Source of the DNA: an uncultured Erysipelotrichaceae bacterium
Lineage (GTDB): Bacteria > Bacillota_I > Bacilli_A > Erysipelotrichales > Erysipelotrichaceae
Assembly: GCA_947649125.1 (NCBI GenBank)
Contig: CANSQL010000005.1
Coordinates: 8,401 to 72,400 of the forward strand
DNA: 64,000 nt
Direction: 5' to 3'
A program made the position numbers and the translations under genes. Shown here piece after piece: positions 7,834-16,400 of the stretch; the stretch's first letter is position 1, and each line of letters begins with the position of its first letter. The notes under the pieces are model-generated. The model was not told the DNA's origin. It worked only from the letters and a program-made list of their open reading frames with translations, and searched no databases.

Positions 7834-10800
7834 ATGAAAAGATTGATTGTGGTACTTACAATGTTGATGATTACTATAACTGTTGGATATGCGTACTGCA
7901 ACAGCTATTTAAGGGCGGCAAGCTCTACGTATACTGCCGGCGGGAATATCACCGGACGAATCGGTCCTGCAGGTAACGGCGGAGCATTCTCAAAAGGTGA
8001 TCGCTTAATTACTGATATATCGCATAACGGTACGAATATTGATTGGTTACTGTTAAATAATTCACTGCTGTGGCGAAATAATGAGAGCGGTCACTACAGT
8101 GTTCCCGCTGAAGTGGCTAATACCTCAAACGGCATGTATGCAATTTCATTTGACAGTATTATGAATATCAAGTTTCGTGATAGTTTTAAATCTAATATAT
8201 ATGAAAATGCAATATTAAGTACGAGTAATTTACCGCCGATTTATAAAGCTATCAATACTGCTATTGATGCTGACAGTGTCCAAAAAAGATATTTGGTAGT
8301 TCATACTTTAGATATGTCTATGGATAGATATGATAAAGATTATGTAAATAAAGATTTAGCAACAATGTCATTAACAGATCCTTTAGTTATAAAATATGTT
8401 TTTCCTCAGTCATATATTGAATTCGACGATGAAATATATAATTTTGTAGGCAGGTATGGTCATTTGGAAAACCAAGATCGTGTTTATAAAAATCAAACAC
8501 CGTATATTTCGGGAAACGGGAATGTAGTCGGCAGCGACGGAAGCAACGGAAGATATGTGGACGGAAACGGTGCTTTTTCTCCTTTGGCTAACTCGGGAAC
8601 AGTCAATTCATGGATTTCGGAATTTCCGCTGCGTATCGCAATTTTGTTTAATCTCAGTGATGTTGTCTTCGCTGTTTCAGATCCGAGCGGTTCATCGACA
8701 AGTCAGCTTATGCAAGTGTCTAATATTGATAATGAAAAATTATCTTGTACAGGCGGTTGTAATTATACCTCGCTTTATGATAAAGCAGCTTTATATCAGC
8801 CGATGAAAATAAGGCTGTTGGATAATGTGAATCTTAACGTGGATTTTGATGCATTAACAGATCTTAACGGAACAGCGGCGTCTTCTGATATTAATTCAAT
8901 TACGAAAGGAAAGAAGCTAAAATTATTTTGGAGTAATAAATTAAGCTATACCGGTGATGATTATGTGTCGGTATTAATTGAAAAACAAAATACATCAGGC
9001 TCATATGACTTTGTTTATTATAAGAATATAAGTAAGGACCCTAACGGTTCATTTGAAATTGACACTTCTAATTTTGAGATCGGAAGTTATCGTATCTCTT
9101 TGGTAGATGAAACAGTGAGTGCCGGTAATGCAGCTACTTATTCATCACAATTAAAGTCAAAGAATATCAATGTTGTTGAATATCAGCCGCATACAGTAAG
9201 TTTTACGAAGAAAACAGGGCTAGAGCACGGAAAAAATGTAAATGCGGGAGACAGTATCGGTGATTTGAAATTAAGTGATACTGTTACTACCGTTTTTCCG
9301 ATTACTTATACTTTAGAAGCAAACGGTGATAATTCTTATCAAAATTTTGAAATAGACGGACTTGATTCCAATCAAGCATCAAACGCAAAAAGTTTATCTG
9401 TGAAAATAAAAGCGAATGCACCCGATTTAACAGCTGAAGGCTTAAAGGCGGGAGTTTATAAATTTTGTGTAGTAACTCACGATGCAGACGGAATGCCGGC
9501 AAACCCGGTAACTAATAAAACTAAGATTTGTACAAGTGTTTCAATAGATAAAACAAACCTGACTGCTGCCTTTGATGATCCGAATCAAACAAAGAAATCA
9601 ATAGCGGATGCTTCAACTGCTTGGAATGAAACAGCGACAGCGAACCCTAATACAGGAGCTAAAGTAACTTACAGTGTGAGTGGTGGGGACACGTATTTGA
9701 TTGATATCGATGCGGATACAGGAGCGATTACTTATAAGGGAAACGGAGCTTTCGGTAAAGTTAAGATTAAGGCAACCGCTGATGATGATCCTGACAGTGG
9801 AAATGATAATTATAATTCAGCTTTCACAGAAAAGGAAATTATCATTTATAAACAGGTGGACGGAAGTGTAACACCGCATGCGAATTCATCAGACAGTATT
9901 ATTCCTGCCTTTACCGCAACAGATACCAATGTAAAGACAAACGGAATCATCGGAACTATTCAAGGTACGACAGGAACACCCGATAATATCGGTGGTTCCT
10001 CAACGATTACTTATAAGTACGGAATAGAGACAGGCGGAGATTCGAGCTTATTCACTGTCGATCCAAATACAGGAGTCATTAAGACTACTGGAAACTTAGG
10101 AGTACAAAGCTATCATATCACGGTAACAGTATCTGATAAATGGAGTACCAAACAAATCCCATTGACAATTAATGTCGGAGTGGCGAATGCAGAGGATTTA
10201 AGATTCTATGAAACAAGTGCTGCCGTCAACATGATAAGTCAAAAGAGTGTGAAGGTAACAGATACGAATGTAAGTGTCTATGCGACGGTCAAGGGAAGTA
10301 CAAACAACAATCCTGTCACTTATAAAATCAAGGATGGTTCAACAAATATCATCACGATCAATCCAAACAGCGGAGTAGTCACAATCAACGGAGTAGGAAC
10401 AGTAACGATCATAGCGGAAAAGGATGGCGGAGTCGGACAGGCAAAGGCAGTAGCTGAGTTGACCTTTACAGTTACAGCGGGAGCACAAAACTTCATTTAT
10501 ACAGATAATGCGGGAAATGAGCTTCCGAAAAGCGGCAGTAATTATTCAGCGAAAACAGACACGTATGCGCCCAATAAAACCATCCAATTATATACGGCAG
10601 GAAATCCAAACGGTTCCACAGTAACGTATCAGTTAAAGGTAGGCAGCCCTAGCGATGTGATATCGGTAGATGCGAATGGATTAGTAACGATATTAAATGC
10701 TTCCTTGAATAATCAAATGGGCAGGGTCATCGTACAGGCAACCAGCCATGATCCTACAGGAAACTATGCAGATAAGACGATTGAACTGCCGATCAATATA

Positions 10801-13275
10801 GAAAAAGGTACAAGAACAATCAGCTTCAAAGAGAATCCGATTTACGCAGTAAGCGGAAACGGCAGTGTTACTCCTGTCATAGAGGTAGACGGTGTCATTG
10901 ATACCGATGGTGATGTATTGATCGAGGTAGATCACAACGAGGACAGCTCTATCGCATGGACCGGTGATAATAAAACAATCGAATATGACTACAGTGAACC
11001 AAATCCAAAGGATATCAAGATACATGCGACCAAGCCGATGAATCGAAACTATAAAGCGGCAGAGGCAGATGGAGTCCTTCATATCATGGGACCTAATGAG
11101 AATGTACTGGCAATCACAAGTCCGGGAAAGATCACTTACGGCGATCACTTCACAATTCGAAGCAGTCAATATGACGCGGACAGTACAAACGTACAGTATA
11201 AATTTGAGATAGATGATACCACGTATATCTCAAGCCCAACCGTAAACGGAAACAGTGCCGCGTTTGATGCGAAACAATTCAGCGGAAGCATTAAAACAAC
11301 GATCACAGTAACGAGAACGGCAGACGGAGAATCACCGTTAAGTAAAAAGGTACAGGTATCGGTACTGCCGAAGCCGATCGAAATCGTCATTGATGATAAA
11401 GAAAAGTTAAAGGGAGAACAGAATCCAAGCTTGACCTATCGTGATTTCAAAAACAAGTTAGTTTCATGGAACGGCGTACAGGATGTGATACAGGAAAATG
11501 ATATCAAGCTGAGCACAACGGCAAAGACAGACAGTAATGCGGGAAGCTATCCGATTAAGGGAGATACGAACACATTAAATAAGACCTATCCAAACTACAG
11601 CTTTACATTCAAAGAGGGAACCTTAAAAATAACTGAGGAAAATATTGAGGATGATTGGTATCATTTAGAGCTTGATGATGGGAACAACACTGCCTATACA
11701 GGTGATTGGACAAATCAAAACGTCAATATCATCAGCGACCATAACGAGTATATCAATTTATCGTTAGATGGTAGTGCATGGAATCCAAGTCAGGTGACAA
11801 TCACAAGCGAAGGCGAGACCAACCAAAGCTTTTGGATGAAAAAGGACAGCGGGGCTATCACCAAAGAGAAACAGGAAACAATCAGAATCGATAAGACAGC
11901 ACCAAGTGTAAAAAACATCAAAGCCAAGGATACAAACAACAAGCTGCAGGATATTATCAATAAAATCAGCGGCGGAATCTTCTTTAAGCCGGGAACGTCA
12001 TTTGAGGTAACGACAAGTGATGCGAAGGATGACCTAAAGGTCAGCGGTACCAAGGAAATTGCGTATAAGGTCTACAAGCTGGAATCCCAAGCGAGAGCTG
12101 TAGAGGAATTAATCAAAGAAGGCAATTTAACTGTCACAAAAGAAAAGGCAAGCATCACAATCAGTGAGCTCACCGGAAGCTACAAGGTATGCGTAACACC
12201 TACGGATAACGCAGGAAATACAAATACGGAAAGCTGTCATGAGGTAGAGCTAAAGAAAATCGATGTTGATGTAGACGGAGACGGTAAGCCTGATTTCAAT
12301 GATCCTGACGGAGACGGATGTCCTGACTTAAACATCAAGTGGAAGGACCCAAATGATGAAACCAAATGGATCGTAATCAACGGAGATCGAAACAATGATA
12401 AGATACCTGATTTGAATATCGACAGTGACGGGGACGGCACCCCTGACTTGAATATCGATACAGACGGAGACGGCAAGCCCGATCTTAACCTTGTGATTCT
12501 AAAGAAAGGTGATTGGAAGCCAACGAAGTGCGTCAAGGCAGACCCAGATAACGGAATCTTAGAGAAGTATTGTACAGGAACAAGTGTCAAAGCAGTAATT
12601 AATATTGATACTGACGGCGATGGAATTCCGAATATTAATATTGATAATAAAGGAGATTTCAAGCCACATATTAATATCTCAAAGGACGGGATCAATCCAA
12701 TCATCAATATTGCGATAATTCATGAATGGAAGCCTGAGTTGAACAAAGCACTTAACAGTTTCCAATTTGATACAATGGCGATCGATGAGAAAAAGAATGT
12801 CTTATTAAATATCGATACCGACGGAGACGGCAGACCGGATGTCAATATTGATTTAGACAATGACGGTAAGCCCGATATTAACATAGATACCGATTTTGAT
12901 TGGATACCCGATATCAATATCGACAGTACAGGTGACGGACAGCCTGATACAAATGTAGATACCGATAATGACGGAATCGCAGATGAAAATATTGTTGAAA
13001 TCAAGGAATGGAAGCCGAATAAAAATGTTGACGGCGATTTACCTTATGATACGATGGATTTTAATGAACAAGATCCATCAGATGATACAACAACCGATCC
13101 GATTCCGCCGAAAAACGATACAAGTGTCAAGGGAGTTTATAATCCGGCAACAAGTATGGGCGGTGCAATGACCGGAGATTCAACGAATGTGATGTTATAT
13201 ATCACTTCTATAGCATTCGCTGTCGGACTGATTGCTTATCTAATATACAAAAAACAGAAAGATACATTTCAATAA
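7834..13275 (+). CDS. Giant cell-surface protein 1 (signal peptide, cadherin/Ig-like repeats, MBG-like domain, TSP3-like Asp-rich Ca-binding repeats, C-terminal TM anchor)
   Basis: The start is taken at ATG 7834 (RBS AGGAAGGAG, signal-like MKRLIVVLTMLMITITVGYA). Cadherin-like motifs (IDADTGAITY, VDPNTGVIKT) are present, with about 11 DxDxDGxPD units. The tail is GAMTGDSTN, a hydrophobic stretch, then KKQK. Confidence 0.9.
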   Translation: MKRLIVVLTMLMITITVGYAYCNSYLRAASSTYTAGGNITGRIGPAGNGGAFSKGDRLITDISHNGTNIDWLLLNNSLLWRNNESGHYSVPAEVANTSNGMYAISFDSIMNIKFRDSFKSNIYENAILSTSNLPPIYKAINTAIDADSVQKRYLVVHTLDMSMDRYDKDYVNKDLATMSLTDPLVIKYVFPQSYIEFDDEIYNFVGRYGHLENQDRVYKNQTPYISGNGNVVGSDGSNGRYVDGNGAFSPLANSGTVNSWISEFPLRIAILFNLSDVVFAVSDPSGSSTSQLMQVSNIDNEKLSCTGGCNYTSLYDKAALYQPMKIRLLDNVNLNVDFDALTDLNGTAASSDINSITKGKKLKLFWSNKLSYTGDDYVSVLIEKQNTSGSYDFVYYKNISKDPNGSFEIDTSNFEIGSYRISLVDETVSAGNAATYSSQLKSKNINVVEYQPHTVSFTKKTGLEHGKNVNAGDSIGDLKLSDTVTTVFPITYTLEANGDNSYQNFEIDGLDSNQASNAKSLSVKIKANAPDLTAEGLKAGVYKFCVVTHDADGMPANPVTNKTKICTSVSIDKTNLTAAFDDPNQTKKSIADASTAWNETATANPNTGAKVTYSVSGGDTYLIDIDADTGAITYKGNGAFGKVKIKATADDDPDSGNDNYNSAFTEKEIIIYKQVDGSVTPHANSSDSIIPAFTATDTNVKTNGIIGTIQGTTGTPDNIGGSSTITYKYGIETGGDSSLFTVDPNTGVIKTTGNLGVQSYHITVTVSDKWSTKQIPLTINVGVANAEDLRFYETSAAVNMISQKSVKVTDTNVSVYATVKGSTNNNPVTYKIKDGSTNIITINPNSGVVTINGVGTVTIIAEKDGGVGQAKAVAELTFTVTAGAQNFIYTDNAGNELPKSGSNYSAKTDTYAPNKTIQLYTAGNPNGSTVTYQLKVGSPSDVISVDANGLVTILNASLNNQMGRVIVQATSHDPTGNYADKTIELPINIEKGTRTISFKENPIYAVSGNGSVTPVIEVDGVIDTDGDVLIEVDHNEDSSIAWTGDNKTIEYDYSEPNPKDIKIHATKPMNRNYKAAEADGVLHIMGPNENVLAITSPGKITYGDHFTIRSSQYDADSTNVQYKFEIDDTTYISSPTVNGNSAAFDAKQFSGSIKTTITVTRTADGESPLSKKVQVSVLPKPIEIVIDDKEKLKGEQNPSLTYRDFKNKLVSWNGVQDVIQENDIKLSTTAKTDSNAGSYPIKGDTNTLNKTYPNYSFTFKEGTLKITEENIEDDWYHLELDDGNNTAYTGDWTNQNVNIISDHNEYINLSLDGSAWNPSQVTITSEGETNQSFWMKKDSGAITKEKQETIRIDKTAPSVKNIKAKDTNNKLQDIINKISGGIFFKPGTSFEVTTSDAKDDLKVSGTKEIAYKVYKLESQARAVEELIKEGNLTVTKEKASITISELTGSYKVCVTPTDNAGNTNTESCHEVELKKIDVDVDGDGKPDFNDPDGDGCPDLNIKWKDPNDETKWIVINGDRNNDKIPDLNIDSDGDGTPDLNIDTDGDGKPDLNLVILKKGDWKPTKCVKADPDNGILEKYCTGTSVKAVINIDTDGDGIPNINIDNKGDFKPHINISKDGINPIINIAIIHEWKPELNKALNSFQFDTMAIDEKKNVLLNIDTDGDGRPDVNIDLDNDGKPDINIDTDFDWIPDINIDSTGDGQPDTNVDTDNDGIADENIVEIKEWKPNKNVDGDLPYDTMDFNEQDPSDDTTTDPIPPKNDTSVKGVYNPATSMGGAMTGDSTNVMLYITSIAFAVGLIAYLIYKKQKDTFQ

Positions 13276-13300
13276 ATAAAGGTCTGAATAGGTAGACTTA
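9550..13300 (+). repeat. Copy A of a ~3.75-kb direct repeat (3' part of a 5.57-kb tandem duplication)
   Basis: It aligns with 15121..18871 at a constant offset of 5571 with no indels. Identity is moderate at first. Blocks such as ~10654-11070 and the last ~480 nt appear identical by eye. Confidence 0.9.
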
Positions 13301-13303
13301 TAT

Positions 13304-13340
13304 AAACAGGTGTTTTTAAGGTAAAAATGCCTGTTTTTCT
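13304..13340 (+). terminator. Strong rho-independent terminator between the two giant genes
   Basis: AAACAGGTGTTTTTA-agg-TAAAAATGCCTGTTT (about 15 bp of stem including G-U pairs), then TTCT. It contains the ATG at 13327 that the ORF track uses as a start. Confidence 0.8.
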
Positions 13341-13422
13341 ATTCAGAAACATATATTTCAATAACATTTTTCTATCTCTATTAAAGTCTACATTTGTATA
13401 CATTAGAGAAAGGAGAAGTGCT

Positions 13423-16400
13423 ATGAAAAAGTTAATTGTAGTATTGATGATGGTGGTAATAGCAGTTTCTGTAGGTCATGCTTACTACAACTATAGCTTA
13501 AGTGCGGCTGATTCCACCTATAATGCCGGCGGAAATATCACCGGACGTATCAATAAAATGCCTTCCGGCTTAACTTCAACAACGAGCAGCCTGCAAAAGG
13601 GCGATAAAATTTTGATGAATGTCGATAATGCGTATGCTTCAGATAAGCTTGGTTGGCAGCTGTTGAGCTATCAGACCTATACGGATTATGGCTGTACAAC
13701 GAAAACAACGTGTACCGGAAAACCGCAGATATCCGCATGGCTCGCAATGAGTGATAAACCGATTGCTAAAACAAATGCTGTTGATTCTATTAATGTATTT
13801 GAAAAAGGAAGCAGAGGACCTTGGTACACGTTAGATTTCACAAAAACAAAAATGTATCCTTCCTTAACCAATCTTAACAATAAATTGAGTGCATCAGCAG
13901 TTGACAATCAGCTGATTGTATATCGAAATTTATATTATATTCATGAATTTTATAAAAAAGCAACAGAAAAAAACACCCCTCATTATTTGGATCAAGTGGA
14001 CAAGGCAACATTTTCTACCCCGGATTTATTGGGAAAAGCTGCTTTCCTTACATCATATTATGAAAACTACGGTCGAGGAGAACTGGGGCTTACCACCTAT
14101 CCTGTTCAACCGATTGACTTGACCTTTTCCGATGATTATTTTTATAGTAACGCATATGCCGATACGCCTATTTCCAGCTCTAACAGCTGTGATTATTATA
14201 TGTATATTGCGACTAAAAACACGGGAACGACCGGTAATGCGCGTAACTTAAGCAAAAACTCTGTTAATGTTCAATATGTGATTCGTCCTTCTATTTATCT
14301 GAATGTTGAAAACACGGTATTTGCGGTATCAAGAGGAACATCGGGAAGTGTCGGAAAGGTTCATTTGACAAAGCTTACAAACGGATATACATCGTTATAT
14401 GCGGAAACTACAGAGGATAAAACAAACGGAAAGCATGTGGCGATGAAGCTTCGTATGTACAACAGTGCTTTAACTGCACAGCTGAATGATATTAAGCATT
14501 CTAACGGTACTTCAATCAGTAAAATAACGAAAGATCAAACTGTGAAGCTGACTGCTGCTGCGAATGCAGGAAATGACGGTGCGGGCGGTGTTTATACGCT
14601 GTCTGTGATTCTGTTGGATGAAAATAATAATTTTGCCTATTATAAGCCGTTGGAAAGCGCAAAGGGAAGCGGAACATATGAATTTGATCTGAGCGGTATT
14701 GCGGCAGGAAAATATAAGGTTGCGGTAGTAAATGAAGCTTATAATGAAGCGTTGACATCTCCTGCGGATTCCAGCTTGATCAGTAATACGATGCCCTTAG
14801 AAATTGTGGAAACGGTAAGCGTTAATGTTACTCCTAAAACAGGCTTAGAGGTAGGAAAGAATGTCAATCAAAATGATGTTGCGGCAACCTATACGACAAG
14901 TGGCGGTGTTTCACCGATTACGGCGACTTTAGTCAGTGATACAAGTGTCAGCGGACATGAAAATGATTATCAGTTGTTCTCACTGTCTAACGGAAATGTA
15001 ATCGTAAAGGGACCTGGCGGTTTAGCGGCCGGTGATTATTATTTCAAAATCAATGCGATAGACAACTACGGCGATCCGATAAACGGGGTGAATTCAGCCA
15101 CTGTCCATGTCGTAGTAGGGAAAACGAATTTAACGGTTGCCTTCGATGATGCGAATATAACGAAAAAGTCAATCGATGAAGCGAAAACATCGTGGAATGA
15201 AACTGCGACAGCGAATCCAAGTGCGGGTACTAAGGTGACGTACAGTGTGAGCGGCGGAGATATTTCCTTGATAACGATCGATCCCGATACCGGAGCGATT
15301 ACCTATGCAGGGAATAATGCGTACGGTAAGGTGAAAATAAAGGCAACGGCTGATGACGATCCAAGCAGCGGCAAGGATAACTACAATCCGGCCTTCAGCG
15401 AAAAGGAAATCATTATCTATCGAGGAGTAGACGGCAGTGTGACACCGGACAGTAATTCATCTAGTACTCAAACACCGACCTTTACTACCTCTGATTCAAA
15501 TATCAAGGTAAACGGAATTATCGGTACAATCAAAGGAAGTGCAGGAACACCGGATACGATCGGCGGTAATACAACGACGTATACGTACGGTCTAAAGACA
15601 GGAGCGGGTGATGCCGGCTTCTTCAGCGTAGATGTAAATACGGGGGTTATTAAGACAACAGCGAATCTTGGAGTAAAAACCTATTCCATAACAGTAACGG
15701 TATCGGATAAATGGAGTACAAAGGAAATCCCTGTAACAATCAATGTCGGGATGTCAGCGGCAGAAAATTTGAGGTTTTATGAAAACAGTACTTCAAGTAC
15801 GATCATCAACTCGAAAAGCGCAAAGGTGACAGATACGAATGTTGTGGTATATGCGACAGTTAAGGGAAGTACGAATATGAATCCTGTCACATATAAGATC
15901 AAGGATGGTTCAACCAATGTCATCGAGGTCAATTCAAGCAGCGGAGCGGTTACGATTCACGGAGTCGGAACGGTAACGATTGTCGCGGAGAAACAAGGAG
16001 CGAGTGGACAGGCAGATGCGCGTACTGAGCTGACCTTTACGGTAACGGCAGGGGCACAGAATTTCATCTATACGGATAACGCAGGAAATGAGCTTCCGAA
16101 AAGCGGTAATAACTATTCAGCGAAAACAGATACGTATGCGCCCAATAAAACAATACAGTTATATACGGCAGGAAATCCTAACGGTTCAACGGTAACGTAT
16201 CAGTTAAAGGCAGGAAGTCCTACCGATGTGATATCGGTAGATGCGAATGGATTAGTAACGATATTAAATGCTTCCTTGAATAATCAAATGGGCAGGGTCA
16301 TCGTACAGGCAACCAGCCATGATCCTACAGGAAACTATGCAGATAAGACGATTGAACTGCCGATCAATATAGAAAAAGGTACAAGAACAATCAGCTTCAA

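Noticed and set aside
10693-11390. Antisense ORFs of 158 and 74 aa inside giant gene 1, with identical twins at 16264..16961 in gene 2
   Set aside because: They lie entirely within, and opposite to, a long well-supported CDS and have no RBS. They recur only because the underlying DNA is duplicated at +5571, so they are frame artefacts.
12237-13004. Antisense Ser/Pro/Gly-rich ORFs (156 and 94 aa), with twins at 17964..18575
   Set aside because: They are the mirror image of the Asp-rich GAT/GAC repeat codons on the coding strand. They are low-complexity, have no start context, and overlap a real gene.
13150-13275. Canonical LPXTG sortase motif in the giant proteins and in the GH31 enzyme
   Set aside because: There is no LPXTG, NPQTN or SPKTG pentapeptide. 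The adhesins have GAMTGD instead, reported as a finding. The GH31 tail (IVNTATSTT...KKMEK) has only a TM anchor, so no sortase-substrate claim is made for it.
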